A DNA stretch of 64,000 nucleotides. It comes from an uncultured Bacteroides sp. (lineage in GTDB: Bacteria > Bacteroidota > Bacteroidia > Bacteroidales > JACABE01). The DNA lies in contig CAZWKQ010000001.1 of the NCBI GenBank assembly GCA_964634005.1, positions 23,788-87,787 on the forward strand. Direction: 5' to 3'. Positions 19,706 to 29,129 of the stretch are shown here, piece after piece. Both the position numbers and the translations under genes were made by a program. The notes beneath the pieces were generated by a model that was given only the letters and a program-made list of their open reading frames with translations, did no database searches and had not been told where the DNA came from. Within the stretch, counting starts at the first letter, position 1; every line of letters starts with the position of its first letter.

Positions 19706-20434
19706 ATGGGAATTTTATTGCAAATTACACAAGTAGCTGCAAATGCGGCTGACACTATGAATCAGGCGATTCAGCAAACTGTTAATTCAAATGCGGTACA
19801 GCCGACTGAACAAACTTTTTCTATTATTAATTTAGCTTTAAAAGGCGGTTGGATAATGTTACCTATACTTGCATTGTCTATAATTGCCATTTATATTTTT
19901 GTCGAACGTTATATTGCCATAAATAAAGCTTCAGTCGAAGATGCTAATTTTATGAACAATATACGCGATTTTATACATAACGACCGTTTGGATTCGGCAT
20001 TAGCACTATGTAAAAATAATAATTCTCCTATTGCAAGAATGATTGAAAAAGGCTTATCACGCATCGGAAAACCATTAAACGATATAAATGCAGCAATTGA
20101 AAATGTAGGTAAGCTGGAAGTTTCTCGTCTCGAGAAAAATATTGCATGGTTATCTACTGCTGCCGGAGCTGCACCTATGATGGGTTTCCTCGGAACTGTT
20201 ACCGGTATGGTGAGAGCTTTTTATGATATGTCAGTTGCAGGGAATAATATTGATATTCAACTTCTTTCGAGCGGTATTTACGAGGCAATGGTTACAACTG
20301 TTGCCGGACTTATAGTCGGGATAATTGCTTATATTTGCTATAATGTTTTGGTTGCACGTATTGAAAAATTAGTTTTTACTCTTGAGGCTCGAGCAACCGA
20401 ATTTATGGATCTTCTTTATGAACCTGCATCATAA
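19706..20434 (+). CDS. exbB: MotA/TolQ/ExbB proton-channel protein
   Basis: 242 aa with three TM segments. The C-terminal region GFLGTVTGMVRAF ... GIYEAMVTTVAGL is typical of the ExbB/TolQ family. Confidence 0.85.
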   Translation: MGILLQITQVAANAADTMNQAIQQTVNSNAVQPTEQTFSIINLALKGGWIMLPILALSIIAIYIFVERYIAINKASVEDANFMNNIRDFIHNDRLDSALALCKNNNSPIARMIEKGLSRIGKPLNDINAAIENVGKLEVSRLEKNIAWLSTAAGAAPMMGFLGTVTGMVRAFYDMSVAGNNIDIQLLSSGIYEAMVTTVAGLIVGIIAYICYNVLVARIEKLVFTLEARATEFMDLLYEPAS

Positions 20435-20455
20435 AAATATATAAACGAATTATTT

Positions 20456-20869
20456 ATGTCAATAAAAACAAGAAATAAACAAAGCGCTCAGTTCAGTACA
20501 GCATCTATGTCTGACTTGGTATTTTTGCTGCTTATATTTTTTATGATTACTTCTACATTGGTTAGTCCAAATGCAGTAAAACTACTTCTTCCAAACAGTA
20601 CAAGCAAGACTATGGCAAAACAAAGTGTTACTGTTTATATTAACGACAAAACTCAGTTTTTTGTTGAAGAAACACCTTCGAGTGTTGAATCGTTGGAAAA
20701 TACTTTGGGACAAAAATTGGCAGGACAAACAGAGGCCACTGTCGTATTAAGAGCCGATAAAATTGTTCCGGTTCAATATGTTGTTAATGTTATTGATGCT
20801 GTTAACGGAATAAATAATAAATACCAAACAAAGCATAAAGTAATATTAGCCACTGCACCAAAAAAATAA
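20456..20869 (+). CDS. exbD: ExbD/TolR biopolymer transport protein
   Basis: 137 aa. The N-terminal MSDLVFLLLIFFMITS single TM helix and the size fit ExbD. It sits between exbB and a tonB-like gene. Confidence 0.85.
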   Translation: MSIKTRNKQSAQFSTASMSDLVFLLLIFFMITSTLVSPNAVKLLLPNSTSKTMAKQSVTVYINDKTQFFVEETPSSVESLENTLGQKLAGQTEATVVLRADKIVPVQYVVNVIDAVNGINNKYQTKHKVILATAPKK

Positions 20870-20873
20870 AATA

Positions 20874-21635
20874 ATGGAAGAGAAGAAAAACAAAATAATA
20901 GGAATTATAGTTACTATTTCTTTTCATATAGTACTACTTATTTTCTGCATTTTGTTTGGATTTACCACACCTTTACCATTACCCGAAGAACAAGGAGTTG
21001 AAGTTAATTTAGGCAATAGCGAAGAAGGCACGGGTGACATTCAACCCGAAAATTTAACTCAAAACGTATCCGGTACAGTTGTACCTAAAAATTATACACC
21101 TAACAATTATGTCGATCAGGTAAACGAAGAAAGCGTTAATCTGAATCATAAAAATAAAAATGAAAAAGTAAATCAAAAGCCTAAAGAAACTAAAGAAGAA
21201 ATAAAAGAAGAAAACAAAATAAATCAATTGGCACTTTTTCAAGGGAATAGAAATAAAGCAGGAGGTAGCGAAGGAAATAGCGGGAAACCCGGAGACCAAG
21301 GTAACCCATTGGGAAATCCAAACGCTGATAATTACCAAGGTAATCCCGGAAGCGGAGGAGGGCCTTCATTTTCACTCAAAGGTCGTACAGCGAAACTTTT
21401 GCCTAAACCTGATTATAACTCAAATGAACAAGGAACTGTAGTTGTAAAAATATGGGTTAATAATAACGGTGAAGTAACACGGGTAGAAGCAGGGCAAAGA
21501 GGAACAACAACTTCTGACAGAACTTTATGGAAATTGGCCGAAAGTGCTGCACTAAAAGCACGTTTCAGCCCCGATTCAGACGCACCGGAAGATCAAACCG
21601 GTACTATAACTTATAGATTTATCCGCTTAAACTAA
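20874..21635 (+). CDS. TonB-family energy transducer
   Basis: N-terminal TM anchor, a low-complexity K/E/N/G/P-rich linker and a C-terminal TonB-like domain (GTVVVKIWVNNNGEVTRVE ...). Position after exbBD supports the call. Confidence 0.65.
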   Translation: MEEKKNKIIGIIVTISFHIVLLIFCILFGFTTPLPLPEEQGVEVNLGNSEEGTGDIQPENLTQNVSGTVVPKNYTPNNYVDQVNEESVNLNHKNKNEKVNQKPKETKEEIKEENKINQLALFQGNRNKAGGSEGNSGKPGDQGNPLGNPNADNYQGNPGSGGGPSFSLKGRTAKLLPKPDYNSNEQGTVVVKIWVNNNGEVTRVEAGQRGTTTSDRTLWKLAESAALKARFSPDSDAPEDQTGTITYRFIRLN

Positions 21636-21637
21636 TC

Positions 21638-22927
21638 ATGAACAATTATAAAAAAGCCCTTGGTTATATGTATAACCAATTACCTATGTTTCATCGCATA
21701 GGTGCAGCTGCCTACAAGGCAAACCTGAACAATACAATAAAAATTTTAGACCTTCTGGATAATCCTCAAAACAAATTTAAATCAATACATATTGCCGGTA
21801 CAAACGGAAAAGGTTCTGTTTCTCACTATTTAGCCTCAATATTTCAGGAAGCAGGTTATAAAACTGCACTTTATACTTCGCCTCATCTAAAAGATTTCAG
21901 AGAAAGAATTAAAATAGACGGGATTCCTATTCCCAAAAAACATGTTTATTCTTTTATTTTCAAATACTTAGATGAATTTGAAAAAATAAAACCATCATTC
22001 TTCGAAATGACTGTAGGCTTAGCTTTCGACTTTTTTGCAAAAGAAAAGGTCGATATTGCTATAATAGAAACCGGACTGGGAGGGCGACTCGATTCAACAA
22101 ATCTTATTGATCCCGAATTAAGCATAATTACTAATATTGGATTCGACCATACTCAATTTCTGGGCGACACACTCGATAAAATTGCTTTTGAAAAAGCAGG
22201 TATTATTAAACCCAAAAAGCCTGTTATCATTGGTGAAACTTTAAATGAAACAAAAAAGGTTTTTATCGATAAATCAACAGAATTAGACGCTCCTATTATC
22301 TTTGCTGAAGATAGTTTCAAAGTAAAAAGTTATAGATTAAAGAAATCTTATCTTAACTTAATAGTTAATAGAATAGCTGACGATAAAAACATAAAAATTA
22401 ATTCAGGCCTAACAGGTTTATATCAGATTAAAAATATCAAAACTGTATTGACTGCTGCAGAGACTGCCAAGGCTTTAGGATATCCGTTAAAAAATAAACA
22501 TGTTAGAAATGGGATTAAAAATGTCGTAAAAAATACCGGTTTAATGGGTCGTTGGCAGGTTTTATCAAAAAATCCTCTGACAATTTGCGATACAGGTCAT
22601 AATGAAGACGGCATCAAATATATTTTGAATCAACTGGAATTATTGAAATACAAAAAGTTACATTTTGTACTTGGGATGGTTAATGATAAAGATATAGATA
22701 AGATTTTGGATTTATTGCCTAAAAATGCTGTTTATTATTTTTGCAAAGCAAATATTCCAAGGGGTTTAGATGCCGATTTACTTTCTGAAATTGCAATTTC
22801 AAAAGGCTTGAGAGGTAAAATTTACAAATCGGTAAAATCAGCATTAAAAGCAGCTAAGAAGGAAGCCCAAAAGGATGATTTAATATTTATTGGCGGAAGC
22901 ACATTTATAGTTGCAGAAGTTTTATAA
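21638..22927 (+). CDS. folC: Bifunctional folylpolyglutamate synthase / dihydrofolate synthase
   Basis: Mur-ligase-type P-loop IHIAGTNGKGS, plus ETGLGGRLDSTN and NIGFDH motifs. Confidence 0.9.
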   Translation: MNNYKKALGYMYNQLPMFHRIGAAAYKANLNNTIKILDLLDNPQNKFKSIHIAGTNGKGSVSHYLASIFQEAGYKTALYTSPHLKDFRERIKIDGIPIPKKHVYSFIFKYLDEFEKIKPSFFEMTVGLAFDFFAKEKVDIAIIETGLGGRLDSTNLIDPELSIITNIGFDHTQFLGDTLDKIAFEKAGIIKPKKPVIIGETLNETKKVFIDKSTELDAPIIFAEDSFKVKSYRLKKSYLNLIVNRIADDKNIKINSGLTGLYQIKNIKTVLTAAETAKALGYPLKNKHVRNGIKNVVKNTGLMGRWQVLSKNPLTICDTGHNEDGIKYILNQLELLKYKKLHFVLGMVNDKDIDKILDLLPKNAVYYFCKANIPRGLDADLLSEIAISKGLRGKIYKSVKSALKAAKKEAQKDDLIFIGGSTFIVAEVL

Positions 22928-22929
22928 CG

Positions 22930-24906
22930 CTAAATCAGTTCACAAAGTTCCTTGATATCAATGTTTCCTGCAGCCATTTGATTAAGCTGTCCCAAAATCC
23001 AATTTACTTCGGCATTTTTATCACTATTCTTGCGATTTTTTATTTGTAAGAATTTTCCCTTCAAAAAAGGTATATGACCAATTATTTCTTCTTTCGATAT
23101 TTTTTTAAACTTAATACTTGTCAATACCGATTCAAAGTCCATCTTAGGATGCTCATAAATAATCGGTATCATTTTTTTTGCAAGTTTCAGTTTAATATTA
23201 TGTGTTAATAAAAATTCAAATAAATCATATATCATCGAAAATTCAAATTCTCTGCCCTTTTTATAGTGTCCTTCTACAAATTTTACATAATGTCCGAAAA
23301 AGGTTCCGACGAAAACAGGCTCTAATTTCAGATTAGTGATTATCTTTTCAATCAGCGGAAAGAGGTTTTTCTTGAATATGTAAGTATATGTATCTTCAGG
23401 AATTCCCCAGTTTTTGAGCTGATGATAGCGTTCTATGACCTCGTTTGGCAAATTTTTACTTAACTTATCAATATATTCCTGTGTTAAAGGTATTGGTTTT
23501 GAATCGGTATCGGGATACATTCTGTCTGCACCCGGCAATACCCTTTCAAAAATTGTTGTGCCATCAGCAAAAGATTTTCGGGTTTCGTTTGGAACACCTT
23601 CAAATGCCATTTTACATCTTTCTTCAATAGTTTCCAATGCTGTAGGTATGTCATCTTTAGGTCCCCAGAATATTATCTGTGCATCTTCATCCCCACTTTT
23701 TAGCAATTCTTTTATAAATATTAGATCATCAGTAGCTATCATTGAATTTAGCTCTTCTGAGTGAATCATATTAGGTTTTTCGATACAAGCAATAACTTTT
23801 AACCTGTCTGATATTTCATTTGCAAACATTTTTCCGGGTTGAGTAAAATGAGATAATATGCCCTTGAAAAATGGTAAATTTACGGCATACAACAAGTTGC
23901 CGCTTTGTTTTGCTTTGATAATAAATTCATTAGGGAATTTTATATCGTTATAATCTAATTCTTTAAATGAAATATTCCAATCTTTATGATTTTTTACTTT
24001 TGATAAAAGCACATTCCTTACATTCAATAATGCCCATTGTCTGAAACATTCGTTATGAGTGAGTTCGGGTATCCATTTTGTATGAGAAACCCCTTTAATT
24101 TCAACTCTTGTACCTCCTTTGCAACTAACATTGACATCCTGCCTTCCTGCACCTATTCCTGTTCTTACCTTATTGGTACTTCTGTTTAAGAAACGAATAT
24201 AGTTACACGCTTCCATAACTTCGTCGGGATTATTCATATCGGGATAGGTAACAGTTTCTATCAAAGGCATTCCTAATCTATCAGTTCGGTAAATACGAGT
24301 ATGACCAATGTCAGATACCTCTCTGCATGAATCTTCTTCAACACTTAATTGTATTAACCTGACTTTTTTATTTTTTAACGGTATTTCACCTTCAACACCA
24401 ACAATAGCTGTACGTTGAAAACCTGTAGGAATGCTTCCGTCTAAATATTGTTTACGTGTTATATGAACTTCACCTACTATTTTAAGTTTCGAAAGAAGTG
24501 AAATTTCAATGGCTATTTCCAAAGCCTCTTTATTTATAGGGAAAGGAGGAGTGTCATCAACTTCGTATGTACATGTTGTTTCATTCTTTAAACGATATAT
24601 AATTTCTTTCTTTGTTTTAAACTCCATAAGTGCAGTTCCGTCGTACTCACCTAATTCACTTAGTGTAGGTCTCATATGCCTAATAACTTCTGCATCATAT
24701 TCGTTTTCTTTTTGAAAAATTCCGGCTGGACAATGACAAAACAGCTTTTCCTTGGTTAAAAGTTGCTGATGCACTTCTAAACCTGACATAAATCCAATAG
24801 AATCATACGTTTGCTGTGTTGCATCTTTACGACTTACATACCCGATTTTTTTCTTAGTTTCTTCGTAGTTTTTTAAAGGATCGAAATTATTATTCATGTT
24901 TATCAA
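22930..24906 (-). CDS. GatE-like (archaeal-type) Glu-tRNA(Gln) amidotransferase subunit E homologue
   Basis: 658 aa. GLEVHQQLLTKEKLFCHCP, MRPTLSELGEYD, EVDDTPPFPINKEALEIA, RKQYLDGSIPTGFQRT, SVEEDSCRE, DRLGMPLIETVT, GAGRQDVNVS and RVEIKGV line up by eye with GatE cradle/kinase-domain motifs as I recall them for Methanothermobacter GatE. An AspRS-like insertion and a YqeY-like tail are also present. Confidence 0.7.
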   Translation of the reverse strand: MINMNNNFDPLKNYEETKKKIGYVSRKDATQQTYDSIGFMSGLEVHQQLLTKEKLFCHCPAGIFQKENEYDAEVIRHMRPTLSELGEYDGTALMEFKTKKEIIYRLKNETTCTYEVDDTPPFPINKEALEIAIEISLLSKLKIVGEVHITRKQYLDGSIPTGFQRTAIVGVEGEIPLKNKKVRLIQLSVEEDSCREVSDIGHTRIYRTDRLGMPLIETVTYPDMNNPDEVMEACNYIRFLNRSTNKVRTGIGAGRQDVNVSCKGGTRVEIKGVSHTKWIPELTHNECFRQWALLNVRNVLLSKVKNHKDWNISFKELDYNDIKFPNEFIIKAKQSGNLLYAVNLPFFKGILSHFTQPGKMFANEISDRLKVIACIEKPNMIHSEELNSMIATDDLIFIKELLKSGDEDAQIIFWGPKDDIPTALETIEERCKMAFEGVPNETRKSFADGTTIFERVLPGADRMYPDTDSKPIPLTQEYIDKLSKNLPNEVIERYHQLKNWGIPEDTYTYIFKKNLFPLIEKIITNLKLEPVFVGTFFGHYVKFVEGHYKKGREFEFSMIYDLFEFLLTHNIKLKLAKKMIPIIYEHPKMDFESVLTSIKFKKISKEEIIGHIPFLKGKFLQIKNRKNSDKNAEVNWILGQLNQMAAGNIDIKELCELI

Positions 24907-25055
24907 TTTTGTAATGATTTCTCAAACCTGCAAAACTAATCATTTTAATTAACAAGTAAAAAATTAACTATATAAAATTTAAACTCAATAGTTTTAAACT
25001 TTATAATGTTTGTATTTTTATATTTAAATTAACAACTCTACTAATTTTTTATTTA

Positions 25056-25063
25056 TAAATTTG
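25056..25063 (+). promoter_or_regulatory. Bacteroidota-type -7 promoter box (TAnnTTTG)
   Basis: TAAATTTG lies 31 bp upstream of the ATG at 25094. The motif is short, so support is weak. Confidence 0.3.
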
Positions 25064-25093
25064 TATTTGAATTTGAAATCTTAATATTCTAAT

Positions 25094-28000
25094 ATGAAAA
25101 AATTTATTACTCTTTTATTTTTTTTAAATTGTCTTTCTGCCTTTCCTCAAGCTATTATTAAAATAAATGAAATTCAGTCAAATAACGGAAGTACTTTTTC
25201 CGACGAAGACGGTGATTATGAAGATTGGATAGAATTGTATAATGCTGGTACATCTTCAATTAATTTATTAAATTACAGTTTAACAGATAATATTAATACA
25301 CCTAATAAATGGAAGTTTCCTTCTGTAGTATTGCAACCCGGAGGATATTTATTAGTTTTTGCATCGGGTAAAGACAGAAAATTCTATTTCGACCATTGGG
25401 AAATGCCTGTAAGATGTACTCAAATATGGAAATATCAGGTTGGGAATGCAAATATCCCAAGCAATTGGAATACTGTAGGATATAACGATAACTCATGGAC
25501 ATCGGCTATGGGTTCGATCGGATACGGTGATGACGATGATTCGGTGGTTATTTCTCCTTGTATTTCAATATATATGCGTAAAACTTTCAGTATAAGCGAT
25601 ACTTCGAAAATATATAAAGCCATATTCAGTATTGATTATGATGATTCTTTTGTGGCATACATCAACGGCGTAGAAATAGCAAGGAGTAATATTAACGGAA
25701 ATCCACCATTATGGGATGCTACGTCAATTACTGACTATGAAGCACAAATGTACAAAGGCGGAAAACCAACAAACTATACCTTAGAATGGGGTACACTAAA
25801 AAATATATTGAAAAATGGGTTAAATGTTCTGGCAGTTCAAGTGCATAATCGTTCAATAAACTCATCCGACATGACTGCTGCACCTTTTCTATCGTTTGCC
25901 ATTAAAGACCAAAGTAATTTATTTGGTATTACCGATTCTCTGCCGTATTGGTTTAGCAGCAAACCAGCTTTTTTACACACTAATTTTAAGATTGATAATG
26001 ACGGCGAGGAGATTAGACTTTTTAATCCGAATAATATTTCTGTAGATAATAAATTTTCGGGCATTCAGTTTGTAAACACTTCAATTGCAAGGAAGCCCGA
26101 TGGTTCAAATAATTGGTGTATGACAACTCCTCCTACTCCCAAGCAATCCAACGGAACTACTAATTGCTATACCGGAATTTGCGACAAGCCACAGTTTTCA
26201 CTTACTCCGGGTTTTTATAATGCACCGCAATATGTAACAATAACTAATAGCTTGCCGAATACTACCATAAGATATACGTTAAACGGAAACAAGCCAACCA
26301 TCAACGATAAAGTTTATACAGGTCCGGTTTTAATTGATTCTACAAGAGTATTAAAAGCCCGTGTATTCAGTACTGACGGGACATTAATGGCCGGTTCGAT
26401 AAATACGGCTACTTATTTTATTAACGAGACTTTTACTCTTCCGGTTGTTTCATTTACTATGGATTCGATGGATCTGTGGGATTGGAATACAGGCATTTAC
26501 GTTCTTGGACCTAATGCTAATCTAAATCATCAGGCTTATAGAGGTGCAAACTTTTGGATGGACTGGGAAAGAGAAAGCACTTTGGAATACTATGATAATA
26601 GCGGTGCACGACAATTTTCGGTTGAAGGTTTAAACGGAATTTTCGGAAATTATTCGAGGGCAAAACCTCAAAAAAGTTTTGATTTTAAAGTTAAATCACT
26701 TTATGATACTCTTGATATAGATTATCAAATATTTCCAAACAGGAATCATACTGAATTTAAAAATTTAATATTCAGAAATGCAGGTTCCGACTGGATGAAA
26801 AGTCATTTAAAGGATGAATATTTACATGAATTGCTTGATAAAAACGGCCTTTACTGTAACCCTAACCGTCCGGTTATCGGTTTTTTAAACGGGAAATATT
26901 GGGGAGTTTATTATATACGTGAAAAGAGCGATGAAAAATTTCTTGAAAGATACTCAGGGTATGATAAAGATAGTATAGACCAGATACGAAATGCCGGAAA
27001 CGATTGGGCTGCTAATGGAGATATGACTTCTTTTAACAGTATGGTAAACTTTTTTAGCAATAGCGACCTATCCTCTACCTCTGCATATAATATTGCTAAA
27101 TCGTATTTCGATATGGACAATTATATGACTTATTTTGCAGCAGAGATGTACAGTGGCAATGATGACTGGGTTGGTAACACATGGTCGAATAACATTAAAA
27201 TGTGGAAACCTCGTATTTTGGGTGCCAAATGGAAATACCAACTGCATGATATTGATCAAGGATTGATAGGATATAATTTAAATACAAACTCACTCGCATT
27301 AGCCATTAATCCTCTCGAAGGAGGCAATAATAATCATTCGATGATGCTTAGCAAATTTGTTCAAAACTCTCAATTTAAAATTGATTTTGTAAACAGATAC
27401 GCAGATTTGCTTAATACGGTGTTTAAACCCGATACTATGTTAAAACTTCTCAATAATTACAGAAACAATTTATCTCCTGAAATGCAAAGAGCTTATAAGA
27501 AGTTTTTGCCAGCAAAAGATACAAACGAATGGATAAATTACCTCAACGATGTTGCTAACTTTATCAACCAAAGACCTGCCATAGTCAGAAATCATATAAG
27601 AAACTATTTTAATTTATTGGGCGATGTAAACATAACTTTAGATGTAGCTCAACCAAATATGGGAAGAGTGAAAATAAATTCTGTAAAACCTGATTCACTA
27701 CCATGGACAGGAACTTATTTCAACGGAAACCCCGTAACAATAACTGCAATTGCTGAATCCGGCTATATGTTCGACTATTGGGAACCAAATATAGCTTACC
27801 CGACAAATAATTATAACATGACTATCGTGCAAAATTTTGCTCAAAATGATATTGCGAGAGCACATTTTAAATTAGCACCTTCAATAGCTGTAACTGAAAT
27901 AAATTTTAAATCTGATCCTACAAGAAATTCAAGCGATTGGATAGAATTTTATAATTACGGTTCTACACCAATTACAATGAGCAATTGGAAAATACAAGTA

Positions 28001-29119
28001 TCATCAACAGGTCAAACATACACTATACCATCAGGTACTACACTAAACGCCAACTCATATTTTGTTTTTGTTCAGGATACAAATATATTTCGATCCCAGT
28101 ATGGTTATGTTCCTAATAAAAGAGGCCATACATACCTTAACTTTAATGATAATACCGATGAAATATATTTAATGAATAATTTCAACAATGTCGTTTATAG
28201 AGTTTACTACAGCGATACGGGGAAATGGCCTGAATGTGCCTCCGGTTTAGGAAGAACACTTCAGATAAAAAATCACTTGAGTAATCCTAATATATCAAGC
28301 AGTTGGACTTGCGGGTGTATGGGAGGATCGCCCGGTACCGGAGTGTTGCCATGCAATGAAAATATTATTTTTTCTGAAATTAATTATAACCCAAGAAATG
28401 ATACCATTAATCCCGACGACTGGGTAGAATTGCTTAATAAAGGCAACGCTCCTGTCGATATTTCAGGATGGGTATTCAAAGACGGATTAGATGAACACTC
28501 TTTCACAATTCCTGACGGTACCATTCTAAATCCAAATCAAAGATTGGTTCTATCATCCGATTTGTTGAACTTTAATTTAACTTACGATATCTTTAATATA
28601 ACGAATGTAATTGGAGACGTACCTTTTAAACTTGATGGAAATAAAGAAGCCATCAGGATATATAATAAGCAGGGGAAATTATATTATTCGATGGTATATC
28701 ACGACAATTACCCATGGCCTGTTGGAGCAGACGGTAACGGCTATACTCTTGAACTTTTGCAACCTGACGCTAATCCAAACGAAGGTACAAGTTGGTTTGC
28801 AGGATGTTTTCTGGGTTCACCCGGTTCGGCATACGTAAACCCTTGTAATTTATTTGCAATTAATGATTTAGATAACGAAATTTATTTCAAAATATATCCT
28901 AATCCTTCAAAAAACATTTTATATATTGAAAGTAATGTTTTGAAAAATAACGGAACTATCTTTAAACTATTTGATTTGCAAGGAAGACAAATAATCGAAA
29001 TACCAGTAAATCAAAATATAGTAAGCACAGATATATCTAAATTACAAAACGGAATATATATCTATAAAATAATTGATAATAAATTGAAAACCGAAACAGG
29101 TAAGATTATCAAATATTAA
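25094..29119 (+). CDS. Secreted multidomain CotH-kinase-family protein with three lamin-tail domains and a T9SS C-terminal sorting domain
   Basis: 1341 aa with a signal peptide. LTD-like segments are IKINEIQSNN..DWIELYNAG, VTEINFKSDP..DWIEFYNYG and FSEINYNPRN..DWVELLNKG. A chitobiase-C-like segment is YTGPVLIDSTRVLKARVF. A CotH-like core spans roughly aa 455-800 (NGKYWGVYYIREKSDEKFLERY, DIDQG). The CTD is KIYPNPSKNILYIES ... GIYIYKI. Confidence 0.8.
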   Translation: MKKFITLLFFLNCLSAFPQAIIKINEIQSNNGSTFSDEDGDYEDWIELYNAGTSSINLLNYSLTDNINTPNKWKFPSVVLQPGGYLLVFASGKDRKFYFDHWEMPVRCTQIWKYQVGNANIPSNWNTVGYNDNSWTSAMGSIGYGDDDDSVVISPCISIYMRKTFSISDTSKIYKAIFSIDYDDSFVAYINGVEIARSNINGNPPLWDATSITDYEAQMYKGGKPTNYTLEWGTLKNILKNGLNVLAVQVHNRSINSSDMTAAPFLSFAIKDQSNLFGITDSLPYWFSSKPAFLHTNFKIDNDGEEIRLFNPNNISVDNKFSGIQFVNTSIARKPDGSNNWCMTTPPTPKQSNGTTNCYTGICDKPQFSLTPGFYNAPQYVTITNSLPNTTIRYTLNGNKPTINDKVYTGPVLIDSTRVLKARVFSTDGTLMAGSINTATYFINETFTLPVVSFTMDSMDLWDWNTGIYVLGPNANLNHQAYRGANFWMDWERESTLEYYDNSGARQFSVEGLNGIFGNYSRAKPQKSFDFKVKSLYDTLDIDYQIFPNRNHTEFKNLIFRNAGSDWMKSHLKDEYLHELLDKNGLYCNPNRPVIGFLNGKYWGVYYIREKSDEKFLERYSGYDKDSIDQIRNAGNDWAANGDMTSFNSMVNFFSNSDLSSTSAYNIAKSYFDMDNYMTYFAAEMYSGNDDWVGNTWSNNIKMWKPRILGAKWKYQLHDIDQGLIGYNLNTNSLALAINPLEGGNNNHSMMLSKFVQNSQFKIDFVNRYADLLNTVFKPDTMLKLLNNYRNNLSPEMQRAYKKFLPAKDTNEWINYLNDVANFINQRPAIVRNHIRNYFNLLGDVNITLDVAQPNMGRVKINSVKPDSLPWTGTYFNGNPVTITAIAESGYMFDYWEPNIAYPTNNYNMTIVQNFAQNDIARAHFKLAPSIAVTEINFKSDPTRNSSDWIEFYNYGSTPITMSNWKIQVSSTGQTYTIPSGTTLNANSYFVFVQDTNIFRSQYGYVPNKRGHTYLNFNDNTDEIYLMNNFNNVVYRVYYSDTGKWPECASGLGRTLQIKNHLSNPNISSSWTCGCMGGSPGTGVLPCNENIIFSEINYNPRNDTINPDDWVELLNKGNAPVDISGWVFKDGLDEHSFTIPDGTILNPNQRLVLSSDLLNFNLTYDIFNITNVIGDVPFKLDGNKEAIRIYNKQGKLYYSMVYHDNYPWPVGADGNGYTLELLQPDANPNEGTSWFAGCFLGSPGSAYVNPCNLFAINDLDNEIYFKIYPNPSKNILYIESNVLKNNGTIFKLFDLQGRQIIEIPVNQNIVSTDISKLQNGIYIYKIIDNKLKTETGKIIKY

Positions 29120-29129
29120 AAAACGTTAA

